64,000 nt of DNA from Candidatus Falkowbacteria bacterium (GCA_037132255.1 JBAXPN010000003.1:2625-66624); one strand, 5' to 3'. Numbered from the stretch's first letter, positions 34,872 to 45,695 are shown. The notes: generated from the sequence alone by a model not told the origin. Translations and numbers: made by a program.

Positions 34872-35588
34872 ATGAATTTAATTAATGTAAAAAACTTAAA
34901 GAAGGACTATGGGAGTGACGATTTGATCACATCCGTTCTTCATGATTTAACTTTCAAGATTGAAAAAGGTGAATTTGTGGCCATCATGGGCCCATCAGGA
35001 AGTGGTAAGTCAACCCTGATGCATATTTTAAGTTTTTTGGATCGTCCAACAAGCGGTGTATATGAATTTGAAGGACGCAATACCGAAGACTTTAATGATC
35101 GTTATTTAGCCGAACTTAGAAATGAAAGAATTGGTTTTGTTTTTCAGTCATTTAATTTACTTCCGCGAACCTCAGTTCTTGATAATGTTAAATTGCCTCT
35201 TCTTTATAGTAAAAAAAAGAATCATGATCAATTGGCCAAGAAAGCGCTCGATGCTGTTGGTCTGTCGCATCGTTTGAATTATTATACGAATCAAATTTCT
35301 GGCGGCGAAAAACAACGCGTCGCTTTGGCGCGTGCTTTAGTATGCGAACCGGCGGTAATTTTCGCCGATGAACCAACTGGTAATTTAGATTCGAAATCAG
35401 GAAACACCGTCATGTATATTTTGCAGCAATTAAACGACCAAGGACATACCGTTATTTTAGTAACGCATGAAACTGATACCGCTAATCATGCAAAACGTAT
35501 TTTGCGTATTAAAGATGGTGATTTAGTTTCCGATGAATTAGTCAAAAAAAGAACAATTGCTGTCCCGGATCAGGATTTAGTTAAATAA
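34872..35588 (+). CDS. ABC transporter ATP-binding protein, MacB/LolD family
   Basis: Walker A GPSGSGKST, signature LSGGEKQRVALARAL, Walker B IFADEPTGNLD. Confidence 0.9.
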   Translation: MNLINVKNLKKDYGSDDLITSVLHDLTFKIEKGEFVAIMGPSGSGKSTLMHILSFLDRPTSGVYEFEGRNTEDFNDRYLAELRNERIGFVFQSFNLLPRTSVLDNVKLPLLYSKKKNHDQLAKKALDAVGLSHRLNYYTNQISGGEKQRVALARALVCEPAVIFADEPTGNLDSKSGNTVMYILQQLNDQGHTVILVTHETDTANHAKRILRIKDGDLVSDELVKKRTIAVPDQDLVK

Positions 35589-35603
35589 ATAAAGCGAAAT
35601 TTT

Positions 35604-36869
35604 GTGAATATTTCAGCGATTGTAAAATTAGTAATTAAGAATCTTTTGGCTCGCAAAGGGCGATCGCTTTTAACAATTCTCGGAATTGTTATTGGCGTCG
35701 CTGGTGTTATTATTATCATTTCACTCGGCGCCGGTGCCCAAAGTTTAATATTAGGACAGGTTACTAAATTAGGTAGTAACCTTTTATTTATTGAGCCGAC
35801 GAAAAATATTGAAAGTGGACGACCAATACCGGGCTTGATTATAGCTACTCTGGTTAATGGAGATGTTGATGCAATTCGAGATAAAGGGCGAGTTTCTCAT
35901 GCCAGTGTTGTTAATGCGGCTGTTAATGGACTCGCGACGGTAACTTGGGGAAACAAAACCGTTGATTCAAGTTTTTCGGGGACAGATTATTTTTATCCGC
36001 AGGTAGTAAATTTTACGATGCAGGCTGGGCAATTTTTTAATGCCCAGGAAGACCAAGGCGCAGCTAACGTTGTTGTTATTGGCTCAAGTATCAGTGAAAG
36101 TTTATTCGCCGAGTCTGGGGTCAACCCAATCGGTCAAGTTATTAAAGTTAAAAGCTCTATCCAGGCAAACGCTGGCGGAATTCCGCTTAGAGTTATTGGC
36201 GTTATCGCTCCGCGGGGAAGTTCATTTTTTCAAAATCAAGACGAGATGATTTTCATGCCTTTAACTTTGGGACAGAATCAAATTCTCGGTATCCATTATT
36301 TACAGGGAGTTTATGTTAAAGTCGATTCTTCGGAATATATCGATCAAACAATTAGTGACGTTGCTGCCGTTTTGAAACAACAACATCGTATTCAGAATGA
36401 TGCTAATATTGATTTTGCTGTTCGTAATCAAGCAGATGCTGTTAAAATATTATCAACTATTACTGATGCCTTAAAATTATTTTTAATTGCCATGGCCGGC
36501 ATCTCTTTAGTTGTTGGCGGTATTGGGATTTTAAATATTATGATGGCGACGGTCGGAGAGCGTACACGAGAAATCGGCTTGCGTAAAGCAGTCGGTGCGA
36601 CTAATGGACTTATCCGAAATCAATTTTTACTTGAAGCCAGTATGTTAACTGGTTTAGGAGGCGTCATCGGGATAATTATTGGAGTTGTGGTTTCATATTT
36701 AGTTTCTCTGCTAATGCAACATCTCGGTTATGACTGGGCGTTTATTGTTTCCTGGGTGTCGATTGTTTTAGCAGTAGGAGTATCGGTTTTGACCGGTGTA
36801 ATTTTTGGATTATTGCCGGCGTTCAAGGCCTCTAAATTAGATCCAATTGAAGCTTTAAGATACGAATAA
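35604..36869 (+). CDS. ABC transporter permease, MacB_PCD + FtsX domains
   Basis: GTG start, 4-TM FtsX topology, ERTREIGLRKAVGA motif. Confidence 0.85.
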   Translation: MNISAIVKLVIKNLLARKGRSLLTILGIVIGVAGVIIIISLGAGAQSLILGQVTKLGSNLLFIEPTKNIESGRPIPGLIIATLVNGDVDAIRDKGRVSHASVVNAAVNGLATVTWGNKTVDSSFSGTDYFYPQVVNFTMQAGQFFNAQEDQGAANVVVIGSSISESLFAESGVNPIGQVIKVKSSIQANAGGIPLRVIGVIAPRGSSFFQNQDEMIFMPLTLGQNQILGIHYLQGVYVKVDSSEYIDQTISDVAAVLKQQHRIQNDANIDFAVRNQADAVKILSTITDALKLFLIAMAGISLVVGGIGILNIMMATVGERTREIGLRKAVGATNGLIRNQFLLEASMLTGLGGVIGIIIGVVVSYLVSLLMQHLGYDWAFIVSWVSIVLAVGVSVLTGVIFGLLPAFKASKLDPIEALRYE

Positions 36870-36870
36870 T

Positions 36871-38109
36871 ATGTGGACAGCCTTTAGACAAGCGAATAAA
36901 GTATTATTAGCTAATCCGACTCGGACTGTTTTGACGACCCTGGGAATAATGATTGGTATTGCGACGGTTATTTTAGTTTTGTCTGCTGGTGCCGGCTTTC
37001 GCTCTTTAATTGATGATCAAGTTGCCTCACTGGGCACAAACACATTATTTATTGCCACAAAAATTCCTTCAGCTAATAAAAGTATTGCCGCAGCCGGAAA
37101 TGAAATTGGCGGCGGTGTTATTATTACATCTTTAGTCCAACGTGATTTAGACGATGTAAAAAAATTGCCAAATGTTTCGAATGCTTATGGTATGGTAACC
37201 GGCCAGGCAGTTGCCAGTTACCGTAATAATCAAAAGAATGTTATTTATTTAGGTTCATCAGCTACACGATTTGAAGTTGATAAAACAGCTTTAAAGTCGG
37301 GACGCTTTTTTACAGCGAGTGAAGATAATAGCGGGACGCAAGTAATTATTTTAGGAAATAAATTAGCCACAAAATTATTTAATTCTGATGAACCAGTTGG
37401 AAAATTAGTTCGTCTCGGTAATTTAAATTTTTCTGTTATTGGTGTTTATGTGCCATCTGGTGGTTTGGGTGGCGGCACAGATGATTATGCTACAATTCCG
37501 CTTGGTACAGCACAGAAAAAAATGTTGGGAATTAATTATATTATTCGCGGCGTCGTCCAAATAAAGGATTTAAATTTGAGTGATTATACGGCTAATGAAA
37601 TTACTAATCAACTACGACGTAATCACGGGATAACTGATCCGAATAAAGATGACTTTATTGTTACGACTCAAGGTCAGGTAATGGAAATATTTAATACTAT
37701 TTTTGGTGGTATTACTTCATTGTTAATTGCTATCGCCGCTATTTCCTTAATTGTTGGTGGCGTCGGTATTATGAATATTATGTATGTTGTCGTTACCGAA
37801 AGAACGGCGGAAATTGGTTTGAAGAAGGCGCTCGGCGCAAAGAATAGTGATATTCTTTTAGAGTTTATAGTTGAATCGGTCATGGTAACGGTACTTGGTG
37901 GGGCGGTGGGAATTATTTTTGGAGCTGCGCTCACATGGATACTCGCTTTCATTGCAATAAAGAGTGGTCTTGCTTGGACATTTTTTGTTCCTTGGTATGC
38001 GATTGCGATTGGCTTTGGCGTGTCGGCAGTTATTGGAATTAGTTTTGGCGTTTTGCCGGCCCGAAGTGCAGCGCGTCTTAATCCAATTGAAGCTTTAGGG
38101 CATGAATAA
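36871..38109 (+). CDS. ABC transporter permease, second MacB_PCD + FtsX paralog
   Basis: ERTAEIGLKKALGA motif and the same topology as the upstream permease. Confidence 0.85.
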   Translation: MWTAFRQANKVLLANPTRTVLTTLGIMIGIATVILVLSAGAGFRSLIDDQVASLGTNTLFIATKIPSANKSIAAAGNEIGGGVIITSLVQRDLDDVKKLPNVSNAYGMVTGQAVASYRNNQKNVIYLGSSATRFEVDKTALKSGRFFTASEDNSGTQVIILGNKLATKLFNSDEPVGKLVRLGNLNFSVIGVYVPSGGLGGGTDDYATIPLGTAQKKMLGINYIIRGVVQIKDLNLSDYTANEITNQLRRNHGITDPNKDDFIVTTQGQVMEIFNTIFGGITSLLIAIAAISLIVGGVGIMNIMYVVVTERTAEIGLKKALGAKNSDILLEFIVESVMVTVLGGAVGIIFGAALTWILAFIAIKSGLAWTFFVPWYAIAIGFGVSAVIGISFGVLPARSAARLNPIEALGHE

Positions 38110-38569
38110 AAATTATATGAAAATTAATCGAGAACAAATGCTCCACACTCTAATTGAAAAACTCCACCACGCGCTTAAGGAAATGCACGCTGGCCAGAGT
38201 TTTAATTTCGGTGAATATATTTTGAGTCGGCCGCAGGTTGTGATCCTTTTTTGTATCGCCGAAAAAGAATCGGGTGTGTCCGTTAAAGAGCTGACCATGC
38301 TTATGCAGGTAACTCCCGGCGCGGTTACTCAATTTATTGATTCTTTAGTTGAAAAGAAATTAGTTATTCGGGAGGTTGACGAAGCCGATCGCCGTTCAAT
38401 AATAATAAAATTGACACCACGAGCCAAGAAGCAATTCAAAAATTTTAAATGTTCGTACTTTTCAACTGTCGGTCAGGTCTTTGAAGATTTTAGCCTAGCA
38501 GACTTAGAGCAGTTCGGTCTTCTTTTAGAAAAAATTAAAAGTCCGGCTTTAAAAAATAAGCATATATGA
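38102..38569 (+). CDS. MarR-family transcriptional regulator
   Basis: Winged-helix region LSRPQVVILFCI..VSVKELTMLMQVTPGAVTQFIDSLVEKKLVIRE.DEADRR. Overlaps the permease gene by 8 nt. Confidence 0.8.
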   Translation: MNKNYMKINREQMLHTLIEKLHHALKEMHAGQSFNFGEYILSRPQVVILFCIAEKESGVSVKELTMLMQVTPGAVTQFIDSLVEKKLVIREVDEADRRSIIIKLTPRAKKQFKNFKCSYFSTVGQVFEDFSLADLEQFGLLLEKIKSPALKNKHI

Positions 38570-38594
38570 GTATCTATATTATCTTTAAACTTAA

Positions 38595-39227
38595 ATGACA
38601 ATTTTTCAAAAACATAAAACATATTGGATCAAAAAAACTTTTATTGCTAGCGTTATTCTAGGTTTAGTTTTAATGGCGGCCAGTGTTTTAATTAATAACT
38701 ATGCGCAGGCATTTGCTGCGAGCCATATTAGTAATTCCGTTACTGATATTTTACTTGATAATATTCCGCCGCGTGATGTCCATTTAATCTATTCCGAGGG
38801 CGCTATTATATTTGTTTTAATATTAATCGCTGTTCTTTTTTATGAACCTAAGCATACCCCTTTTGTTTTAAAAAGCATTGCTCTTTTTATAGTTATTAGG
38901 TCTCTATTCATGGTCCTTACTCATTTAGCGCCACCAGTGTCGGCCATTTATATTAATCCGACTGATTATGTGCAGAGTTTGAGCCAGGGGGATGATTTAT
39001 TTTTTTCTGGCCATACCGGCTTACCGGCTCTTTTGACTTATATTTTTTGGGAGAATAAATATCTCCGTTATCTATTTCTTGTCTGCACAATTATCGGCGG
39101 GACAGCAGTAATCCTCGGTCATCTCCATTATTCAATCGATGTTTTCTCGGCTTTATTTATTTCTTTCGGTATTTTCCATATTTCTAAAAATATATTTTAT
39201 ACGGATTATAAACTTTCATCTAAATAA
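38595..39227 (+). CDS. PAP2_C / sphingomyelin-synthase-like membrane protein
   Basis: FSGHTG and HYSIDVF motifs in a 6-TM protein. Confidence 0.6.
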   Translation: MTIFQKHKTYWIKKTFIASVILGLVLMAASVLINNYAQAFAASHISNSVTDILLDNIPPRDVHLIYSEGAIIFVLILIAVLFYEPKHTPFVLKSIALFIVIRSLFMVLTHLAPPVSAIYINPTDYVQSLSQGDDLFFSGHTGLPALLTYIFWENKYLRYLFLVCTIIGGTAVILGHLHYSIDVFSALFISFGIFHISKNIFYTDYKLSSK

Positions 39228-39229
39228 TT

Positions 39230-40522
39230 ATGAAAATTAAATCGATTAAAGCTCTCCAAATTCTTGATTCCCGAGGAAATCCAACTCTATCTGCAACAGT
39301 TATTCTAGAGAACGAAATCAGCGGTTGGGCAGCAGTGCCAAGCGGCGCATCAACTGGAAGCTATGAAGCAGTTGAACTAAGGGATGGTGATAAAAAAAAA
39401 TATGGCGGAGCCAGTGTTCTTAAGGCGATAAATAATATTGAAAACAGAATTGCCCCAGCTTTAATCGGATGCGATGTTGAAGATCAAACTGGAATTGATA
39501 AAATAATGATTGAGCTTGATGGCACAGAGAATAAAGCGGTTCTTGGTGCAAATGCAATACTGGGCGTTTCGCTAGCAGTTGCGCGAGCGGCTGCTTCTAG
39601 TTTGAATCAAGAGCTTTACCAGTACTTAACAAAATTTAATCCTTCATTCTCTGGCGTGTATCAAATGCCAGTTCCAATGATGAATGTTTTAAATGGAGGA
39701 AAGCACGCTAATTGGGCGACTGATATCCAAGAATATATGATTTTGCCGGTTGGTGCGAAATCAATTTCTGAGGCGGTTCGAATGTGCGCTGAAATATATC
39801 AAACTTTAAAAAAAGTTTTGGAAGATAAGGGATATAGTATTAGCGTTGGTGATGAGGGCGGATTTGCTCCCGTTGTTTCCTCTAACGAAGAAACTTTTGA
39901 TTTACTAACTCAAGCGGTTGAACAAGCTGGTTATAAACTCGGGCAAGATATTGTTTTTGGGATTGACGCTGCGGCTACGGAATTTTATTCTGATGGTGTT
40001 TATCATTTGAAAAAAGAAAACAAGATAATGACGAGCGCTGAACTTATTACTTTTTATCAAGATTTAAGCAAGAGACATCCAATTTGCTCGTATGAAGATA
40101 TTCTGGCTGAAGACGATTGGGCGGGATTTAAAAATTTTACAGAAGCATTTAAACGCGAAGTTCAAGTTGTCGGCGATGATTTATATGTGACTAATGTTAA
40201 GCGCCTGGAAAGAGGAATTGCTGAAAAAACAACTAATTCAATCTTAATTAAATTGAATCAGATTGGAACCCTAACTGAGACCGTTGGCGCAATTAATGAA
40301 GCGCGCGCAAATGGCATGACGGCGGTTATTTCCCATCGTAGTGGCGAGACTGAAGATGTTTTTATAGCCGATTTAGTGGTCGCTATGGGTACAGGACAGA
40401 TAAAGACGGGCGCTCCTGCTCGAAGCGAGCGGACGGCCAAATATAACCGTTTGCTGGCCATTGAGGCAGAACTCAACGGAAAGTCGGAGTATGCTAAGTT
40501 TCCATTTCTTGCCTCGTTTTAA
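39230..40522 (+). CDS. eno: Enolase
   Basis: [18 protein letters not shown], and a conserved C-terminal SHRSGETED. Confidence 0.97.
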   Translation: MKIKSIKALQILDSRGNPTLSATVILENEISGWAAVPSGASTGSYEAVELRDGDKKKYGGASVLKAINNIENRIAPALIGCDVEDQTGIDKIMIELDGTENKAVLGANAILGVSLAVARAAASSLNQELYQYLTKFNPSFSGVYQMPVPMMNVLNGGKHANWATDIQEYMILPVGAKSISEAVRMCAEIYQTLKKVLEDKGYSISVGDEGGFAPVVSSNEETFDLLTQAVEQAGYKLGQDIVFGIDAAATEFYSDGVYHLKKENKIMTSAELITFYQDLSKRHPICSYEDILAEDDWAGFKNFTEAFKREVQVVGDDLYVTNVKRLERGIAEKTTNSILIKLNQIGTLTETVGAINEARANGMTAVISHRSGETEDVFIADLVVAMGTGQIKTGAPARSERTAKYNRLLAIEAELNGKSEYAKFPFLASF

Positions 40523-40573
40523 AAAAAATATGCTATAATATATTTGTATAAAAGCGTCTAGATTCGGAAGTTA

Positions 40574-40602
40574 TTGACAAAATCTTATATTTATTGTATA
40601 AT
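40574..40602 (+). promoter_or_regulatory. Consensus sigma70 promoter TTGACA-17-TATAAT
   Basis: Both hexamers are perfect with a 17-nt spacer. Followed by a GGAGGTG Shine-Dalgarno just before the ATG at 40642. Confidence 0.65.
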
Positions 40603-40641
40603 TATTTGTTAACATAAACCATAAATAAAATCGGAGGTGTG

Positions 40642-40884
40642 ATGAGAATGGCATGTATTATAACTGTTCTGGCTGTATTCACGGTAACTCTAATAGTTAT
40701 ATTAGCAGTTGTGAATTACATTCTACAAATTTACGCGGCCGACTATGCTTTTATGGCCGATCTTTACAAGATAGTGAGTGATCTTTCACTCGGTCAAGCG
40801 ATTCTTTCTTTCTATGGAATATTATTCATTTGCGCCATGTTTGCTTTTGGCGCGATGTATTCTCCGGAAAGAATCGCCGAGTAG
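40642..40884 (+). CDS. Small 2-TM membrane protein (80 aa), function unknown
   Basis: Two hydrophobic helices, a strong promoter and SD, and its own terminator. The ORF track starts at the GTG at 40639. Confidence 0.5.
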   Translation: MRMACIITVLAVFTVTLIVILAVVNYILQIYAADYAFMADLYKIVSDLSLGQAILSFYGILFICAMFAFGAMYSPERIAE

Positions 40885-40903
40885 GACGCTCAAGTCCCAA
40901 TTT

Positions 40904-40940
40904 AAAACCATTTTTCCGCAAGGCAAGATGGTTTTTTATT
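40904..40940 (+). terminator. Intrinsic terminator
   Basis: AAAACCAT / ATGGTTTT stem enclosing a CC-GCAA-GG mini-hairpin, followed by a T run. Confidence 0.7.
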
Positions 40941-41008
40941 TTTTTGAATTTTGTTATGAAATGTCTAATTATTTTGCTAAACTATAGTTAGTAGTAATTA
41001 CTATATTT

Positions 41009-43558
41009 ATGATAAATATCACCCTGCCTGAGAATATTAAAGGACTATCGACTCAAGAAGCCAAGAGCCGATTAGAAACTGACGGATATAATGAGCTGCC
41101 GAGCGAGAAGAAGCGGCGACTTTTTAGAATAATAATTGATATTTTAAAGGAGCCGATGATCTTACTCCTTATCGCTTGCATCACAATTTATATATTCACC
41201 GGCGATTTGCGAGAATCTTTAGTTTTGCTTATTTCAATTTTGTTTATTATTGTTATTACCGTCTATCAGGAAAATAAAACTGAAAGAGCTCTTGAAGCCC
41301 TTAAATCTTTAGCGAGCCCACGCGCTTTAGTTTGGCGCGATGCTAAGTTAATTCAAATCGATGGACGCGAACTAGTGCGTGATGATGTAATTTTTTTGAA
41401 AGAAGGTGACCGGGTGCCGGCCGACGGCGTCGTTGTTTTAAATAAATCTTTAAATATTAATGAATCATTATTAACTGGGGAATCGGTTCCCGTCGCTAAG
41501 AAAAATGGCGCCTCTGAACTTTTGATGGCTCGGCCGCAGGGAGATAATTCTCCTTATGTTTATTCAGGAACAATGCTGGTGTCTGGTCAGGGAATTATTG
41601 TTATTAAGGCAATCGGACACGACACTGAAATTGGAAGAATTGGAAAAATATTAGATTCAGTTGAACAAGATAAAACCCCTCTACAAAAAAATTTCGCACA
41701 ACTAGTTGAATACATATTGATTATCGCAATTATTTTATGCCTCGGGGTATTCGGATTAAATATATTAACGGCTCATGCGCTTATTCCCAGTATTCTTTCG
41801 GGGATAACTTTAGCGATGGCAATTCTCCCGGAAGAGTTTCCGGTTGTACTCGCCATTTTTTTATCTATTGGCGCTTGGCGTTTATCGCAGCATCAGGTAT
41901 TAGTCCGAAAAATGAGCGTGGTTGAAAGTTTGGGGGCAGCGACAGTTTTATGTGTCGACAAAACCGGGACCCTAACGATGAATCAGATGAAAATAGCGAA
42001 GGTATATTTAAATAATAAAAAAGAGTTAGTAGATTTAAAAAAATTATCTTTAGTTAATATAAAAGAAGCTAAAGATGAGTCTTTGCGAGAAATAATAAAA
42101 GCAGGCGCGCTTTCTAGTAATCGCCATACCTTTGATCCTCTTGAGGGGGCAATTAAAGAATTACGCCGGGTAATTTTTCATGAAGACATTTATAGTAGTT
42201 TACAATTAATTCACGAATACCCGCTATCGAGTGAATTTTTAGCTATGGCTAATGTTTGGAAAGATGGCAATAAAAATACTGCTTATGTTAAGGGATCGCC
42301 TGAACAAATAATGGCTTTAAGTAGTTTGACCGAAACGGAAATAAATGAAATAGAAATTGCCATCAAAGCAATGGCTGAAGAAGGGCTGCGTATTTTAGGG
42401 ATTGCTAGTACTGACACAGAGGGCTCCGCCAATGATTTGAAAAAAATTAAATTCAGATTTTTGGGTCTTATCGCATTTATGGACCCAATTAGACCAGCGG
42501 CAGCCCTGGCCATAAAAGAATGTTACCGCGCTGGAATAAAAGTTAAGATGATAACAGGCGATTATTCCGGAACAGCCCGGAGCATTGCGCGCCAAATTGG
42601 ACTTGAAAATCCTGAGAATGTTGTGAGTGGGGATGATTTTATAAATTTGAGTCCGGAAAAATTAAGTGAGAAAATAAAAACAAGTAGTGTTTTTGCACGG
42701 ATGATGCCGGAATATAAATTACAAATTATAAGTGTTCTGCGTCAAAGCGGCGAGGTTGTGGTTATGACCGGCGACGGCGTTAACGATGGTCCAGCGCTTA
42801 AAGCCGCTGATATTGGAGTTGCAATGGGCGAGCGCGGAACTGATGTCGCGCGCGAATCGGCCGGCATTGTTTTACTTGATGATAATTTTTCATCTCTTGT
42901 CAGTGGAGTACACGAGGGCCGAAAAATTTATGATAATTTACAGCGTGCTGTCGTATATTTAGTTTCAGTCCATATCCCGATTGCCGCCCTATCCCTTCTC
43001 CCTATTATTCTTGATTGGCCTCTGATATTTTTTCCGGCGCATATAATGTTTTTGGAATTATTGGTCGATCCGGTCTGCTCAATTGTTTTTGAAGCTGAGC
43101 CAGCAGGTACAGGGTTGATGTCGAGAAAGCCTCGTAATTCAAAGAAGTCTATTTTAAATCTTAATTATTTAATTATAAGTCTGGTTCAGGGCGCGAGCAT
43201 CCTTCTTTTTGTCTTTTCCATTTACTATCTGAGTGTATATTATGGTCTTGAGGCTGGAAAAGTTAGAGCTTTGACATTTAGTACTTTAGTTATTTCTAAT
43301 ATATTAATGATACTAGTAAATCGTTCTTGGTCGGATAGTATATTTAAAATTCTAGCGAAAAAAAATCAGTTTTTATGGCCGATCATCGGGGCGGCGAGTC
43401 TGTTTTTAATATTTTCTATCTATAACCCATTCATGATGGACGTCTTTAGCTTCTCATCTCTTAGCTTGATAGATTGGATATGGCCAATAATCTTTGCGCT
43501 TGGTCCGGCTTTAATATTTGAATTGATTAAATATTTTAGCGCTCATAAAGCAAAGTAA
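41009..43558 (+). CDS. Cation-transporting P-type ATPase (P2-type, Ca2+/Na+-ATPase-like)
   Basis: DKTGTLT phosphorylation site, TGES, MITGD, GDGVNDGPALKAADIGVAMG. The N-terminal Cation_ATPase_N pattern LSTQEAKSRLETDGYNEL. Confidence 0.85.
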   Translation: MINITLPENIKGLSTQEAKSRLETDGYNELPSEKKRRLFRIIIDILKEPMILLLIACITIYIFTGDLRESLVLLISILFIIVITVYQENKTERALEALKSLASPRALVWRDAKLIQIDGRELVRDDVIFLKEGDRVPADGVVVLNKSLNINESLLTGESVPVAKKNGASELLMARPQGDNSPYVYSGTMLVSGQGIIVIKAIGHDTEIGRIGKILDSVEQDKTPLQKNFAQLVEYILIIAIILCLGVFGLNILTAHALIPSILSGITLAMAILPEEFPVVLAIFLSIGAWRLSQHQVLVRKMSVVESLGAATVLCVDKTGTLTMNQMKIAKVYLNNKKELVDLKKLSLVNIKEAKDESLREIIKAGALSSNRHTFDPLEGAIKELRRVIFHEDIYSSLQLIHEYPLSSEFLAMANVWKDGNKNTAYVKGSPEQIMALSSLTETEINEIEIAIKAMAEEGLRILGIASTDTEGSANDLKKIKFRFLGLIAFMDPIRPAAALAIKECYRAGIKVKMITGDYSGTARSIARQIGLENPENVVSGDDFINLSPEKLSEKIKTSSVFARMMPEYKLQIISVLRQSGEVVVMTGDGVNDGPALKAADIGVAMGERGTDVARESAGIVLLDDNFSSLVSGVHEGRKIYDNLQRAVVYLVSVHIPIAALSLLPIILDWPLIFFPAHIMFLELLVDPVCSIVFEAEPAGTGLMSRKPRNSKKSILNLNYLIISLVQGASILLFVFSIYYLSVYYGLEAGKVRALTFSTLVISNILMILVNRSWSDSIFKILAKKNQFLWPIIGAASLFLIFSIYNPFMMDVFSFSSLSLIDWIWPIIFALGPALIFELIKYFSAHKAK

Positions 43559-43582
43559 TATTCTTTAAAATTTATAAATAAA

Positions 43583-43607
43583 AAAGCATTGGTTATCCCA
43601 ATGCTTT
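43583..43607. terminator. Bidirectional terminator between convergent genes
   Basis: AAAGCATTGG-TTATC-CCAATGCTTT flanked by A and T runs. Confidence 0.8.
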
Positions 43608-43618
43608 ATTGTTTTTGA

Positions 43619-44209
43619 CTAATGCGTCAGTCTAAGTTTGGCTTTTTCCAGAATTTTGATTAATTTCGGATCGTTAATATATTTTTCGTCGTTATCAATG
43701 AAGTCCTGAGCTATTACTGGTTGTCCATTTCTTTGGTAGCTGATTGCTTTTTTTATTCTTTGTAGTCGGTCTAATTGTTTTGCAATTTGAGCGCGCTGTG
43801 TTTTGTTTTCTTCAAATTCAAGCCAGAGACGAAGAATATATTTTCCGCGCGGACCTAATTGTTCACAGATTTGGGTCATGGCAAAGAATTCCTTTTCATA
43901 TTTTTTTTCTTTACTCCAGCGATGTTCGGGCGGACAAAATTTGTCAGTTCTAGCGTCGCCTACCTCATCGTCTGTTTCTGGCCAATCGTGGACTTTCAGC
44001 ATCGCAACTAATCCGTTAATGTAGGGATAATTTTTTTTGGCCATGTCGATAAGATCATCGGTATGCTCGCCGACAGTCTCCGGTTTTTCTACCTGTCTGT
44101 CTACCCAGCCGGTTCGGGGAATTTCATATTGTTTTTTTATTATGCTCAGAGCATAAGAGCGTCGTTTTTTCTTAAATTTGAATGGTGCTTGGCTATAGGA
44201 GTTTTTCAT
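43619..44209 (-). CDS. HD-domain phosphohydrolase (YfbR/HD_3-like)
   Basis: ETVGEHT and KVHDWPETD supply the H...HD...D metal ligands. Confidence 0.6.
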   Translation of the reverse strand: MKNSYSQAPFKFKKKRRSYALSIIKKQYEIPRTGWVDRQVEKPETVGEHTDDLIDMAKKNYPYINGLVAMLKVHDWPETDDEVGDARTDKFCPPEHRWSKEKKYEKEFFAMTQICEQLGPRGKYILRLWLEFEENKTQRAQIAKQLDRLQRIKKAISYQRNGQPVIAQDFIDNDEKYINDPKLIKILEKAKLRLTH

Positions 44210-44291
44210 ATGTCTGTTTTTTTTAAGGTTCTATTTTACTTTGTTTGATTGCTTATATTATAATTCCTTGGCGTATTTGTCAACGTATTCA

Positions 44292-44320
44292 TTGATTTTA
44301 GCTAAATTTTAAGCTAGTAT
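44292..44320 (+). promoter_or_regulatory. Promoter TTGATT-17-TAGTAT, with the -10 ending 6 nt before the ATG at 44327
   Basis: Direct reading; leaderless geometry. Confidence 0.45.
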
Positions 44321-44326
44321 TTATAT

Positions 44327-45085
44327 ATGGAAAAGATATATATTAAGAATCGGAAAGGGCAAAAAATCGCGGTCATTATCGAAAAATGTCAGAGTTCCCG
44401 GGGCCTAGTTTTTATAACTCATGGCCTTGGAGATTCAAAAGATTCTCCGCATATCAAAACCTTTGCTAAATGTTTTCGCGATAATAATTTTAGCCTTATT
44501 AGATTTGATACCACAAATTCATTCGGTGAAAGTGATGGCCGTTTTGAAGAGGCCTCGATTACAAATTACTATGAAGATTTAGAAGATGTGATCGCCTGGG
44601 CCAAAGATCAGTCGTTTTATCATGAGCCTTTTGTCTTATGTGGGCATAGTTTAGGAGCAACTTGCTCGGCCTTATTTGCCGAAAAATATCCGGAGAAAGT
44701 AAAAGCGTTGGCACCTATTTCTTGTGTTGTGAGCGGAACACTAAGCAAAGAACAATATACAAAAGAAGAATTGGAAGATTGGCAAAAAAGCGGCTGGCTT
44801 GTGGAGACCTGGCCAAATGGCGAAGTGCGTTTACCATGGTCGTACATGGAGGATGAAATGAAATATAATATATTGACCGATATTAATAAACTTACAATGT
44901 CGACTATACTAATTGTCGGTGAATTTGATCATTGTACTTCTCCGCGCCATCAACAAATATTATTTGACGATCTTCCTGGGCAAAAAGGAATCTATTTAAT
45001 TAAAGGAGCGCCGCACACATTTCGTAGTCCGGAACACCTGAATGAAACTTATAGTATTTTAGATAAATGGCTTAAGACTTTTTAA
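44327..45085 (+). CDS. Alpha/beta-fold hydrolase
   Basis: Nucleophile elbow GHSLGA, HG oxyanion region (FITHGLGD), C-terminal His (GAPHTF). Confidence 0.8.
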   Translation: MEKIYIKNRKGQKIAVIIEKCQSSRGLVFITHGLGDSKDSPHIKTFAKCFRDNNFSLIRFDTTNSFGESDGRFEEASITNYYEDLEDVIAWAKDQSFYHEPFVLCGHSLGATCSALFAEKYPEKVKALAPISCVVSGTLSKEQYTKEELEDWQKSGWLVETWPNGEVRLPWSYMEDEMKYNILTDINKLTMSTILIVGEFDHCTSPRHQQILFDDLPGQKGIYLIKGAPHTFRSPEHLNETYSILDKWLKTF

Positions 45086-45096
45086 TCTCAAATCAT

Positions 45097-45645
45097 ATGA
45101 GTGAATTATTAAATATTGTCGATGATAATGACGAAATTATTGGGGAGGTTAGCCGTGAAGAAATCCACCGCCTCGGTTTACGCCATCGCGAAATACACGT
45201 CTATTTTGTGACACCTTCCCGTGAGCTCATTCTTCAACACCGGGCTAAAAATAAAGACACATACCCAGATCTATTAGATGCGACAGTCGGTGGTCACGTT
45301 GAGATTGGCCACAGTTATGAGGATACTGTGTTAAAGGAATGCGAGGAAGAAACTGGAATAAAACTAGAACTATCAGATTTAATTTTTATTGATAAGATAA
45401 AGCGCGAGTCAAAAGATATTACTACCGGAAAAAATAATAAGGTCTACGGTTGTCGTTATTTGTACATCTATCGGGGCGACCTAAAAGATTTAAAAATTGA
45501 GGAGGGAAAGGCTCTCGGCTTCGAGCTTTGGCCGATAGAGAGCTTGCTGACGCTTAGCGAAGAAGAAAAGTCTCGCTTTATACCATATATTCTTGAGGTA
45601 GCCAGAACGGAATTGTTAAATATTGTGAGCAAATTAAAATTCTAG
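45097..45645 (+). CDS. NUDIX hydrolase (IDI-like subgroup)
   Basis: Nudix box GGHVEIGHSYEDTVLKECEEETGI. Confidence 0.8.
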   Translation: MSELLNIVDDNDEIIGEVSREEIHRLGLRHREIHVYFVTPSRELILQHRAKNKDTYPDLLDATVGGHVEIGHSYEDTVLKECEEETGIKLELSDLIFIDKIKRESKDITTGKNNKVYGCRYLYIYRGDLKDLKIEEGKALGFELWPIESLLTLSEEEKSRFIPYILEVARTELLNIVSKLKF

Positions 45646-45695
45646 ATTTGACATTTTATCCCAGAGCTATAAAATATGGTATTATATAAATACCT

